From Macrostomum lignano (taxonomy: Eukaryota), in the NCBI GenBank assembly GCA_002269645.1, contig NIVC01000455.1, forward strand, positions 124,001 through 188,000: 64,000 nt of DNA, in the 5' to 3' direction. The position numbers and the translations under genes are program-made. Position 1 is the first letter of the stretch. Each line of letters starts with the position of its first letter. Below, one piece after another: positions 48,501 to 60,959 of the stretch. The notes under the pieces are model-generated. The model was not told the origin of the DNA, ran no database searches, and was given only the letters and a program-made list of their open reading frames with translations.

Positions 48501-50200
48501 ATTGTATGGCTATTGCAATGTTAGCTTTGAACCCAACATTCAGGACCCAACTACGAGTAATGGCGACTCGAAGCATAAGCATCAGAGAATCCATCTCCAT
48601 CTTCACTGACGCCAGCACTATCACATCTTTCTGCTTCAGTTGCAGCATAGCCTCTAATCCTACTGCCTACTGTTCGACTTGCAGCAGTTCTTGGTAATTC
48701 TCGGGCAGCCTGAGAAGGATCTTGTAATCTAAGAGAATCATAATGCTCATTGTGCAGAAGCACTCGAACGACAGCAGGTGGCGGTTGCACGGCGGACGTA
48801 AAGTGTTGTAGCACAGAACCATTAAGTTGATAAATGACTAAATCTACATTTAAAAAGCGGGTCAGCAGTGGTACTCATCTGTGTTATGCTTTTCGTATTA
48901 TGCTTTTGGAGACCGTGATGCGCAAAGACCGCTCTTGAATTGTTAAGTTCTTTTGGAGCTCTTGGGCTCTCAGCTTTTCTCAAATTTATTAATTATGTTT
49001 AAGAGAGTCGAGCTCTACTGGCTCAAGCAGCCGTTAGCTGCCTACACAGCCATAGACAAAAATGAACTGAATTACGCTTGAAAATATAAGTGAAGCTCGC
49101 AATAAGTTTGCTGTGCTCAACCCACAGCAATCTGGAACGTCTGTACCGTCAAAAAGAGAAGCACAGAGAATAGCGTCGATGCTATCTTGAGAGTCAATAT
49201 AGCCATCCTGAACTATCTCTGGTAACACCTGGCCTGCAAATCACGATAAATCATTCCTTAGGGCTGCAGCATTGGTTTGAAACTCAGTGCCATGCAGTTG
49301 GTCACATACGGCATGGAAAAAACTGTTCCCATCACCAGGGACTGTAATTTATACAGAGAAGTAAAAGGTACCACAGATAAACCACATGGTTCAGCAATAC
49401 TTTTCTCGAATCTGTAGGAGGGCATAAGGAGGATAATTTTACGTAAGTATTTTGAACGATCGTAACGTTACAATTAGTATCAAAAATTCTAATAGAAGGA
49501 AGTGTAACAGGAACAAAAAATAAATAAAGTAGTTGTTTCAACATACCCTCGTCGTTTCAACCGCTCTGCTTCCAAGCGAACGTTGCGCTCTGTGGCTGTT
49601 TCAGAAGCTCTCTGTTTCTCTGCACTGACTCTTGCTTTCTTACGTCGAGCTTCTCTTTCAGTGTCTTCTTCATTGGCTCAGCGAATGAAATCTCGCTGGT
49701 GCAACTCTTCCAGCCGAGTTTGCCGTTCTGTTTCCGTCTCCTTTGCCCGGCTCTCGGAAGCACGCTGGCGCAACTCTTCCAGCCGAGTTAGCCGTTCCGC
49801 TTCCGTCTTTTTTGCCAGGCTCTCTCCTAAGCACGCTGGCGCAACTCTTCCAGCCGAGTTTGCCGTTCCGCTTCCGTCTTTTTTGCCAGGCTCTCTCCTA
49901 AGCACGCTGGCGCAACTCTTCCAGCCGAGTTTGCCGTTCCGCTTCCGTCTTTTTTGCCAGGCTCTCTCCTAAGCACGCTGGCGAAACTCTTCCAGCCGAG
50001 TTTGCCGTTCTGTTTCCGTCTCCTTTGCCCGGCTCTCGGAAGCACGCTGGCGCAACTCTTCCAGTCTAGCTTGCCGTTCAGTTTTCCGTTTCCTTCGCCC
50101 GGTGATCCGCCATCCTCAGTCTCTCTTCTTCGCGCTGCAACTCGTGCTGCAACTCGCTTTGTTCAAGACGCCTTCGTTTGGCTTCCCGACTTTTATTCAA
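45526..50200 (-). mobile_element. Defective Helitron RepHel: N-terminal helical repeats, OTU-like domain, zinc finger, partial Rep and PIF1 helicase
   Basis: ERQTRLEELRQR repeats; PGDGNSFFHA and NEHYDSL (OTU); CGKCGALRW...ICCSGGKV; HGEIHHRIGSLLP; GGTGK, WDEAPM, GDFRQ, FAITIHKSQGQS, HGQLYVALSR. Frameshifted; I found no HUH/Y2 Rep motifs. Confidence 0.92.
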
Positions 50201-50759
50201 GTTGCTAGCACAACGTCGTCGAGGCATTTCTGTTCATGTGATTATGCACTTTAGTACCAGTTCTGGTTTCAAACAATTCAAACACTGTAAAATTTATGAA
50301 TGCATAAAAAGTCAAGGCAAAATAAGTATAGGTAAGCGTAAGTATCAGAAAAGAGTATATGGATTGACGAAACTTGCACTCAATAAGCTAGGTATAACGT
50401 TTATTTTTAGCTCATTGCATCAACTCAAGAATCGAAGTTTAGTCTATGGCCGTAGACGTATTGAGCTCTTACTGCAAGAAAAATACACTAATTAGATAGG
50501 GAAAATACTGTTTTCGAATATTTAACCCCTTTAAAATGAAGCAATCTCTGAGCCAAGAGAACTGTACCGATTCGCAAGAATTTCTGATTAAATGGTGCAA
50601 GTTTGAAAAAAATCGACTGGATAAATTCCTTTAAATGGATTATGTACATATATACATACATAGAAACTTTTCAGATTTAGTTATATTGATCTTAGAGATT
50701 TAGTATAGGTGGGTTGGATTAGTCAGAAATGCTCATGAGATTTTAAAATGAAGCTTACG

Positions 50760-51167
50760 CTCGAATTTTTAATTGTATGTCAATCGGCCTGGTGCTTTTC
50801 GAAAGCGATTGCCCCTTCGAAGTTCGACTGGAGCAATCGCAGGGTGCATTCTTTTTGGAGCATCGCGATCAGTCTGTATTTGGCTCGGTTGGTTCGTGTA
50901 CCACTGACTGATCTTTGGGGTCAGAGCTCTCCTTTGTTGACTGTCGATTAAAGTATTTGTTTTGACTTTAGACTGAATCTGCTCCGGAATTTTGTCTGGT
51001 TTGGATTCTACTCGAATGTAAACAGGTTTTGTTGTCTCGGACGGTGGATGCAGTTGAGTGAAAGTAGCTGACAGGAGACGAGAGTACGCGGAAGCTTTAG
51101 AAATACTTGGCTCTCCGGAACTGATCGATCCGATTGCAATTGGAGCTGAATTTTGGGGAAGAGGTAG
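50760..51167 (-). pseudogene. C-terminal tail of an old Gypsy integrase (host of the 51168-55537 insertion; upstream part at ~55538-55830)
   Basis: PVELRRGNRFRKAPGRL tail; EYTVQNGIVFKGIKIVP at ~55790 on the other side of the insertion. Confidence 0.55.
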
Positions 51168-54100
51168 TGTAGCGGGTGCTACAACTAAGAAAAAAGGCAG
51201 ATAATTGCAGTGAAACGAAGTGTAAAACTAGCGGTAGGGAATGCCGCTCTGGCTTCTTAGCTTAGCGTTGTAGGACTGTATTTCATCGTTAACATCTGCC
51301 ATAGATAATACTCCGGCTGTCCGGAAAGTCGTGAGAATGTATTTAAAAAACCAGTCAGAACTATCAGAAAACACGATAACTGTACTAGTTGGTAATGTAA
51401 TCTCCCCTTGCGTTGATTACAGCTTGGCAATGGTCAACGAGTCGCTGAACCTCTCTTTTCAAGCAATATTCGTCAAGGCCTCTTGCCCATTGCAACGCAG
51501 CTTCTCGAACTTCATTGTGGTCGCTGAACACTCGCCTGGAGAAATCAGTCTTCATCCAACTGAACAAAAAACGGTCGCACAAATTGAAGTCTGGGCTGTA
51601 AGGACTCTGAAACACCAGCTGAACTCCACGGACTCCATGTACTGCTGCACAGAACGAGCCACGTGAGGTCGCGCAATTGTCAGATGAATTGGCCTTGACC
51701 TGAGAGTACGCCATAGGTCTCCGGTGTGCCGAATGAACTCAACTATGCCATTTGCATAAACAGTTTGCTTTGGGGCTGTGGATTCAATGGAGAAGCGCTT
51801 GTTTGGAGTAAAAGCAACCAGAAGCATTGTCTTTGCATTGCCGACTGAGTGCCTGAAAACCTGGGGCCGATGATCCCCTTGGCCAAGCCAGCACCTGTTG
51901 TTTTGCTTTTTGCCAGTGTTGTTCAGGTACACCCACGTCCCATCCTCCACCACGTACTTGTCGCAAAAGTTTTCCATACCCTCGTTGTAAAAAAGCCTGC
52001 GAATTTGCTTGGCACAATTGATGCGAGCAGTCTTGTTCTCCTCGGATAGAGCATGCGGAACCCAGACAGCAGAAACTTTTCGAAGGTGCAAATCCTCAGT
52101 AAAAATTTCCTGCACTGTTGTTTTTCCAACTTCCAAAAAGTCAGCGAGGTCTCGGACACTAACTTTTGGATCCTCTTCAACAAGAGCTCGGCAGGTTTCG
52201 ATCAGTTCCGCTATCCTTGTTGACCGTGGCCGGCCAGTCCGAGGAGCTGAGACCGGGGGAAATGCTTCGTCACGGAACTTCGAATACCATCTGTAAACCG
52301 TTGACTGACCTGGTGCAGCATCTCTATAAACTTTAAGCAGCTCTTCATGACAGCTGATAGCGGAGATTCCAAGACGGTATCTAGAATAGGCATAACCCTG
52401 GAAGTCTTTGAAGAACTTTTTGAAGAACTCGCTGTCAAAATTTTCAAGCTTGATCATCGCGTTGCATTTGCTATTGAGCACTTTATACTGAGCTCGCCCC
52501 TGCCCCCAATTTTGCTACTAGAATAACAAGAATTTTCACCATAGACATCTATGAGTCTATTATTGAAATTTTATGTGTGCCACGTCAACAGCTTGCTGCT
52601 TTCTTGCTTAATTGACACATTCTCACGACTTTCCGGACAGCCGAAGTAGAAGCGTACTTATATAATCAACGGCTGGGTAGTGTTTTAGCGTTATATCTAC
52701 AACATAGTGCTATAACTACCCCCCTCTCAAAAGGAAGATAACTAGATATGCATCGGTTTGGTACAGTAACATCATGAAAACGGCCTCATGCGCAAACAAG
52801 AACATGTTCGTAGTGTTCGTAGGGGCATAAACCACACAAAGTTTAAGCAAAAGTGACACGGCGGGGTCTCAACCTTGCTCGGATGGGCTCATCCATATCG
52901 GAGGTCTTGATAGGCTCATCGCGCTGGGGACTGGGCAACCGTGCTGATTTAACGCGGTCGATTGCAACGCTTGTTGGTGTCCTGTGGATGTCGAGTGTAA
53001 AGGTGAGCGGTGAGCGGTGCAGAACACGAAACGGACCTTGGTAAGGTGCTTCCAGCGGCTTACGGACACGGTCGAGCCGGAGCCAGACGTGGCTGCAGCC
53101 CTGTAGGTTGTCCGGAAGGTGCACCGGTGTTGCGCGCGTGCGTGGCAGACGGTACGGGTAGAACAGATTGTGAAGACGATGGGATAGTTGGCTCAGGCTG
53201 GCATCCTCTGTGACGACCGGTGGTACGATCGGTTGCTCACCTGTTACACCGGAGAAGGGGCTGTAGCCAGCATCGTCAGGGTGAATTCGTAGCCCGAGTA
53301 GGACAATTGGTAGTTGCTGCAACCAACAGCGACCTCGCGCATGAAGAGCAGCCTTCAGAGAGCGGTGTGCTCGCTCCACTAGGCCATTGGGTCGGGGTTA
53401 TACGCTGAGGTTCTTATGTGATGGATGCCAAACAGCTTGGTAAACTCTGCCATGAGCTCTGCGCGAAACTGGGCGCCCTGGTCCGTAATGAGCGTCCGAG
53501 GTGAGCCAAAGCGTGACACCCAGGCGCTGAGGAATCCTTGCGCTACAGATGCGGCAGAGATGTCCATCAGCGGGATGGCCTCCAACCATCGGGTGTAGGC
53601 GTCGATGACTGTAAGTAGATAACGTGGCTGTTGTTGACCGTTAGCCTCTGGTGGTGTTAGTGGTCTGACGATTATGCATGTGTACCGTCGCGAATCGCTG
53701 AGAGGGAGTCGGTAACTGGTGTAATGTTCGGTGTACATGATGAGTTACCTTGTTGGCTTGACATTGTAGGCATTCCTCCGTCCAACGGCGCACATCGCGA
53801 GAGATCTCCGGCCAGAAGCAGCGATGGTTGATCAATCGACAGCTAGCCTTGACACCAGGATGGGCCAATGAATGAATCGATGTGAAGATGTGTTTTTGTA
53901 ACTCTGGTGGAACGACTAATCGCGGATTGGGGTATGACGTTTCGCATAGCAGTTGACAGTCAGTCAATCCGATGTCGAACAACTTGAAAGTGCTGGACTG
54001 AGATGGTAACGTTGCATCCAGCTGTTGAGCGCGTGCAATTGTGGGTAGGTCAAAACTGGGCAACATTTGAGTATCTTCGTCCGTTAGGGCTATCTCATGT

Positions 54101-55537
54101 GCGGCAGCGACCTGAACTTCTGATGTTACGATGTTCACAGGGTCTTTCGAGGGACGGGACAGTGCATCAGCAACGACGTTGGCTTTACCGGCGATGTGAA
54201 CCACTTCCGTGACAATGTCTGAGATTTCTGACATCTGGCGCTGCTGTCTGTCCGAGAAGCGTTCCTTGCTGCTTGCAAAGGCTACGATAATTGGCTTGTG
54301 GTCGCAGAACACCGTCTTTGTCTAGCCTTGCAGCAGGTGCTTCCATGCCTTGATGGCGACGAAGATAGCAAGGAGCTGCCGATCGAAGGTGCTGTATTGT
54401 GTTTCGGTGTCCGAAAGCTTTCTCGATAGAAACGCGAGAGGCGTAGACTCAGCGTCTACAATCTGATGCAAACAGGCAACGATCGCCATGGCACTGGCAT
54501 CCGTCGTTACTGTGAAGTTGGCTCCCGGATGCGGAAAAACGAGTGACCGCGTTAGCGAGTGCGTCTTGCAGCGCACGCCATGCCTGGTCGGTCGTGTTCT
54601 GGGAGCCAACTGAAGGTGCCGTGCACAAGTTGTCGCACGGGGAGTAGAAGCTGTGCGTAGTGCTGAATGTTGCGTTGGTAAAAGCCGAACATGCCGAGGT
54701 AGCGCTGCAGCTCCCTACTCTCCTTGGGTGGAGGAAGAGCACGTAGGGCGCTCACTCGATCGGGCAGCGGTCGGGTGCTGTCTCCAGAAATCTGATGGCC
54801 CAGGAACTCGATTGTATCCTGATGGAATTGGCATTTGTGAGATAACACGCAGGCCGTTGTCGCACAGGCGTTGCAGTACGGAATGCAGGTGTGCCTCGTG
54901 ATCCTCGCGGCAGGTGCTGTGGATCAGAATGTCGTCAATGTAGGTGACCACGAATGGCATGTCGCAGAAAATCGCGTCGTCGAATCGTTGAAAGGTACTG
55001 GCTGCGTTGCGCAGTCCAAATGGCATGCGCAGATACTCAAACGAACTGAATGGTGTGCAAACTGCAGTCTTCTCTATGTCCTCCGCCGCGATGGGTACAA
55101 AGTGGTAAGCCTTGACTAGGTCAAGCTTACTGAAAACTCGTGAACCGTGGAGTCGATGGTGAAAGTGTCCGATGTGGGGTATCGGGTAGCGATCTGGCTT
55201 GGTTACTGCGTTGAGTGCGCAGGTGTCCGTAGCGGTCGAAAATTAGTTGGTGGCCGCCGTTTGCCGCTTGTTGCGTTTGCTGGGCATCATGAGGTAAGCC
55301 AGTTGTTGTTATCGCACTCTCTGTTACCACTTTGTAGCGGGTGGTACAGCTAAGAAAAAAATAATTGCAGTGGAACGAAATGTAAAACTAGCGGTATGGA
55401 ATGCCGCTTTGGCTTCTTAGCTCAGCGTGTAGAAAAGTATTTCATCGTTAACATCTGCCATAGATAATAGAAGCGTACTCATATAATCAACGGCTGGGTA
55501 GTGTTGTAGTGTTATATCTACAACACATAGTGCTATA
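51168..55537 (-). mobile_element. Ty3/Gypsy element with a large gag/protease deletion; 5' LTR 55537-55333, 3' LTR 52714-51168 (split by a mariner)
   Basis: LTR pair; TSD GTAG; PBS TGGTAACAGAG; PPT gagaggggg; RT (SKLDLVKAY, MPFGLRNA, YIDD), RNase H (TDASA) and integrase (ITDQGAQF, MERAHRSLK) with frameshifts. Confidence 0.92.
51311..52646 (-). mobile_element. Mariner-type (IS630/Tc1/mariner) DNA transposon, 1336 bp, defective transposase
   Basis: ~30-bp TIRs ct(c/t)cggctgtccggaaagtcgtgagaatgt; TA TSD; HTH, WVPHAL, VEDGTW and YSPDFNLCD; the second catalytic Asp region is deleted and frameshifted. Confidence 0.95.
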
Positions 55538-55829
55538 GTAGAACAAAATGACAGACAATTCAATCTCAGTAGGTGACGATTTCGGCATCATCTTGAGCTT
55601 CTAAATCACTCTTTCTACAATTCCATTTGATTGATGTCCTGGCGACGTCAAGATCTGTTCGATCTTGTTTGCTTGAGGAAGCTCTGGCTCTGGGAATGGA
55701 ATTACGCATTCTTATCCTTACGCATCGATGTAGAAGGAACTATTTTTATACCCTTGAACACGATGCCATTTTGAACAGTGTACTCCGACTTGTCCTTGCC
55801 GTAGGGCAGCATGTTTTTTGGTAGGTTAT

Positions 55830-56830
55830 CAGGCCAACCATGCGTGATAAAAAATTTTTAGCAGTAGGATGTCCGAATCTTTGAAATCGGCGATTCGTTT
55901 CAGTGGCGCGTCGGATTCTTTGAACTCATCCAGACTTTTGAAGTGAAGCATGTTGACCGAATCATGGAAATCGTCGTCATGGAAAGCGTGGCAGAGCGTG
56001 GATGTGGCAGAGCTCAGAGACTATCTCAGGTACACCGCACGCATTGGCGAGTTGTTGGACCTGGGCTTCGACAAGAGCCGTGTCATGAGATTTGATGACG
56101 AGTGCCGGCTCAGCCAAGCGACTGATGGCAAGTGGGAGTCGCACAGCTCGGACCTGAGTCTGGTTGCGGCGTACCTCATGACTCCCCAGAAGCAGCAATC
56201 GGGGGGTGGTGCCCAGAAGCGCAATCAACTGGTTTGCTTCTACTACAACAGGATACACGGCTTTGAACGAAAGAGCCGTCGGTTCCTGCATCGCTGCCGA
56301 AGTTGCGGCCTGGCGCACTCTGAGGCAGCCTTCCACCGCGACGAATCGAGCGGTGAGGAGAAACCGCAACACTGACTAGATCATAGCGCGAATTTTATTC
56401 CTCCTGTTTTATCCTCTGATCTCAATCTGGCCGAGTGGCAGGCGGAGTTGTCCAAGCTGGATCTCCCGCCCGGTCGGATGGCTTTTATCCTTGATGGCGT
56501 TGCTAGTGGCTTTCCCATCACCGATCGTCAGATGCGTGGCAATGAGTTGGTTGAGGTGGAAAACTACTCTTCGGTTTTTAAGCACCAAGACAGGGTCGCG
56601 CATCAGATTGTTAATGAGCTTCGTCTCGGTCGTTATCGTCTCTGTGCTGCTGGTGACAAACCTCGCATAGTCAGCGCCCTTGGTGCGCTGCCGAAGTCCA
56701 ACGGTGGCGTTCGCTTAATCCATGACTGCAGCCGGCCGCAAGGGAAGTCTGTCAACTTCGCTTACGAGAGCGAGCAGAGACTGCGTTTCACCTGTGTCCA
56801 GAACTTCGCTAAGAGGCTTAAGAAGAATTA
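55830..56830 (+). mobile_element. DIRS/Ngaro-like retrotransposon fragment (gag C-terminus and RT N-terminus)
   Basis: Degenerate gag zinc finger VCFYYN...FLHRCRSCGLAH; FILDGVASGFPI, VSALGALPKSNGGVRLIHDCSRP...SVN typical of DIRS-group RT. Confidence 0.75.
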
Positions 56831-56989
56831 CAAACCGGCTTTAGTGCCCAGCGCGTTAATTGTACATCGCCGCCTGCCCCCCCCCTTTGGGTGGCAGGGG
56901 GTGTTTTTAAACCCCCGTCGCGCTCTACTGGCGCGATTTGCCTTCTCGCAGTGAAATTTTTTTCTTCTTTTTCTCGTGTTAAGTCTGCT

Positions 56990-58325
56990 TTAAGCCAAAT
57001 TTAGATTGAAGTTTGGAACATTTTTTATTGACGGAGGCCTGCTTCGTTTCTGTGCCAAGTTCGCGTTTTAATGCCTAGTGGTCTAATAGTCAACAAGAAG
57101 TCTTTGTAGAACAACCCATAATGTCTGAGCGTAGAAATTGCACTTCTTAGTTGATCCTTGTCCCGCGGCTGACGAAGGTTTTCAAGTGCGTTCATTTGTA
57201 TGGGATCGGGTCGAAGATTCCTTTCCTGCTGTAGGAATCCCAAAAACTTTTGACACTTCTGAGACTTACAAACGTTAATTTTGAACCCGTGCAAAGCTAG
57301 CGTTGACTTTTAACTTGAAATAGTATTTTGTGATGTTCAGTGAGAGTTGGCGTGCCGACGATGATGTCATCCTACGAGGCAACGCATGGAATATCTCGTA
57401 GCAATTTGCCCACTACCTCCTGAAAAATTAGAGGTGTAGCGGAAGTGCCAAATCGCATGTTTCGGAACGCGAAATATTTTATGTGAGTTGAGATGCACTT
57501 AAGTCGCTGGCTCTCTTCTGACAACGCCATCTGTAAGTAGCCGTCTTGGAGATCAATTACCGAGTAGAAGTTCGAATGAGGGATATTCTGCAGTATTTCC
57601 TCCAAATTGGGCAGCTTGTAGCGGTCAGCATCGATGATCTTATTTAGCGTTACGGAGTCGAATAGAACCTTTTGGCTTGAGCACTAGAACGATTGGACAG
57701 GAGACGACCGGGTTTTGCACCGGGTAAATGATTCCGGCTGCCTGGAGTTTCCTCAGCTCCGTTTCAACTAGCTATGGCCTTCATGGAAGACGGTAGTGAC
57801 CTGGCTGGATAGCACATGCCTTTGAAAGAAGCATCAGTTTTGAGACGGAAGCTGGCAATTAACCTTTCGATGTCGCTGCATGTGACCGGAGTGCAAGTTA
57901 CCTCTTGCGACGGTATAAGCTGAAGAGGTCTGATGTAGTTCATTCCAAGTCTGCTTTGATCGCTAAGTTGGCCTACGAATATTGCTCCAATTACACTTCT
58001 GCCATCATCGTTTTTCATTACTACATTCTTTATTACATCGAGCACAGAGGCCTGCATACACCTTCAGTACTTTTGTGACGGATGAGTGAATCTCGGTGAG
58101 CCAAATAGGGCCAAATCCTGTGGCAAGGCGTGAGGTTTCCGATGTGAAAGTTGTTAAACCAGAGCGAGCCTCTGAATGTTTCGTTTTTAACGGACACTAT
58201 GGTGTTAATAGTTGAGGTCAAATCTGTGGTCTGTATTCTGTCGATTGGAATTTCAGCACATTGCACTGATGAACTCAAAGTACGGCATGCTGAAGCAATG
58301 TGACCCTATTTGCCACACTTCTTGC
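56990..58325 (-). pseudogene. Decayed Gypsy gag knuckle, protease and RT
   Basis: CKKCGK knuckle; FYSVIDLQDGYLQMAL; RFGTSATPLIFQ; catalytic YxDD interrupted by a stop. Confidence 0.8.
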
Positions 58326-58334
58326 ATGTCACTT

Positions 58335-59001
58335 GGCGAAACCCTGATCAAGAAAGCACCACTGCGATGATTGACGCTTTGTCTCGGGGTCGAATTTGTA
58401 AATCCATGTTTCATCACCTGTTAGAATGGCAAAAACAGACCGCTGGTGTCCACTGCTGAATTTGGTGAACATGAACCGGCACCACTCCGGTTCATGATTC
58501 TGGTCAGCAGTGAGGCAGTGGGGGATCCACCGGGCACACCTCTTTTGCACTCAAAGGTGTTGGTGCAGAATCTCATTAAGTGCCCCCGATCCAATCTACA
58601 GGCTTGCCTCGAGCTAGCGGTAGGTGATTCGAGGATCGTCCAAGATAAGCCGCTCTGCCTCATTAATGTTTTGCTGGGTAACTGCGGTTGCAGGCCTGCC
58701 ACAACGGGGCTCATCTTGGAGTGCTGCCGACCGCGTCTGAATTCCACATACCAGTCAAAAACTGTAGTCCGCGATGGTGCAGAGTCTTGAAAACAGTTTG
58801 AAACCGATTTAGTGATTTTTGGAGTGATAAACCCATTTTGTAGTCATAATAAACCATGGCTCTAAAATGCTCACGAGAGAGTTCCATGGCTGCTGCGTAT
58901 TCCTGGGTGGGGGTACCATCGAATTTTTTTATGATAATAAAAAATCTAAACCCTAAAACAAGCCATCTGGCTGCATCCGGATACTTTCAGAGCACCCCTC
59001 G
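58335..59001 (-). mobile_element. 5' half of a second mariner element
   Basis: TA plus TIR cgaggggtgctctgaaagtatccgg; RTTVFDWY HTH, WIPHCLT and ILTGDETWIY; truncated after the first catalytic Asp. Confidence 0.88.
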
Positions 59002-59399
59002 TAAGTTGGCAAAAGTCGAATAATGAATGGTCTTCATCCAAATAAAGGCTTGATCATTATAGCTAAAATTGTACGAGCCGCCTGGCTCGGATCGTCAGCT
59101 GATCGTCCCATAAGATGGCGGCAGCGGAATCGAACTGACGGCTGAACATAAATTTCGTCAAACATCAAAACGCAGTTTCGCTGCACTTCTGATAGGCTGG
59201 AAAACAGACGGAATCAGTTGTGCTGCATCAGTTTCTGTTCCAACTTCCCCAGTACCGACGAGTTGCAGTTGCAGAATTCTGGGATGAGGCAACGGCAAAA
59301 GTTTTTTAAGTTACGAGTAGGCGGAACTACTGATCAGATAGAGCAATGCTGATTGCCGTACAAGCGAGATGTCGTAGCGGCGACCCTTTAAACTAACCA

Positions 59400-60859
59400 A
59401 AGAAAGCCTGAGCTGTTCGATCAAAAATCGCATCGATTCATCGATTCCACATCATAGTTTGCAACCGCAACGTTCTCCAACTTTTTTCAGGGCTGACACT
59501 TCTTGTCTAGATTCAATCTCAGAATTCTTGCATCGCACAGCGACAGCGTCCAGTTGTGACATAAATTTGAGTGTCGGTTGAGTTGTCGCTCCCATGCGCA
59601 TTTCAACCATTAGACTCCCAAGGTTCACTAGTTCACGTCCATCTACTGATTTTGGTCGAATCTCGCTGTCTGGTAGGTTCTCCGGTTCTTCACCGATTAG
59701 CTGAAGCTCCTTCTCTGAGATGGCGTTGATGCTGGCCCCTGTGTCAGATAGGAAGTGTAATGTGGAACATGTAGATTAGCACTTTACTTTGATTTTTACC
59801 AGTTGGGGCTGGTTTTCAGTAGCTGCTAATATCGCTACTAACTCTGAATCAACTGTGCTGACTCTTCCTGTTTTCGCTGATGTGCACTGCTTGGCAAAGT
59901 GATTGGCTTTGCCACATTTTGCGCAAGTATTTTTCCGCGCTTGGCACTTTTTTGTGCTCATGTAGGCGCCCGCAGAATTTGCACGGTCTATTGGCATTTG
60001 GTGCTTTTTTCGGCTTTGCCTTGTCCGAGCCGTCTGCTGCTAAACGCATTACGGTTGACTTACTTCTTCGATATGTTGACTGGCCTCGTATGGCTGATAT
60101 ATATCGTGTTCGCCTGTCATGATTGCGCACTTCTTCTTTGAAGACTCAGCCGATTCGCATATGTGTTTAGCTTTATCTAAGGTCAGGCTGTTCCCTTCTT
60201 CTAACAGTCGCTCTACTACTTTACTATCTTGGTGTCCAGTTACGATTCGATCTCGTAACTGATAGGCCTCGCAGTTGGCGCAACACCTTAGCAAAGTTAC
60301 AGCTGCTGGCGATTTCTTTTAGTGTCAGAAACCAGTTGCTAAAAGATTCGTCGGCCTGCTGATTGCGTAGCCAAAATTCCCTACGTACAAGTTTCGTTTC
60401 TCTCACCCGTGATGAATGACTCGAGTGCTTTCAGGATACTGTCAGGGTCGTTTTTTGTCTTCTCAGTAAGGTTCGGCAGATTCTCCACAACTTTAAGAGT
60501 TTCTAGGCTAAGGGCAGTTTGAAGAGCGCATAGTCGTAGCCGTTTCTTCCGGGCACTCTCTCCTAGGTCAGCTAGTCCTGAGATAATCTCGAAACTTTGT
60601 CATGTCTGCATCCATTGAGAAAACAAGTTCCTCTGCGACTCTAAGTCGAATTTTGGAACTGAGCGGATGTCGATCTTAGGCATCTTTGCTGTCGGCACGG
60701 TTAATCCCCTAGGAGGTGACGCTGAGGTTACTCTCCCGCGTCGCGACGCCATGTTGTATATTCAATGAGGCACAGATATGGTTTATGAATCTGATGCCCT
60801 TTTCTAGCCGGGCTCCTCGCTCTTGTATATTATTTATTTCTTCTAGTTACATTATAACA
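59400..60859 (-). mobile_element. 5' part of a Gypsy element: LTR 60859-60752, PBS, gag and protease
   Basis: TGT...ACA 108-bp LTR; PBS TGGCGTCGCGAC; knuckle CAKCGKANHFAKQC; protease FLSDTGASI. Confidence 0.85.
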
Positions 60860-60959
60860 TCAGTATTATAAAAAGAAGGGTGCTATTTAGAACGGTATAA
60901 ATATAGTGCTGCGCATTCGAGTCATTGAACGCAATAGAACAAATGCGCAACACCTTCCT

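Noticed and set aside
49770-49985. Frame restoration by three 71-bp units (213 bp)
   Set aside because: The first such unit already has an in-frame TAG
49049-50450. A CATAGAC-ended DNA transposon spanning this interval
   Set aside because: The left motif is coding sequence (FVYG) within the OTU-like domain, which continues past it
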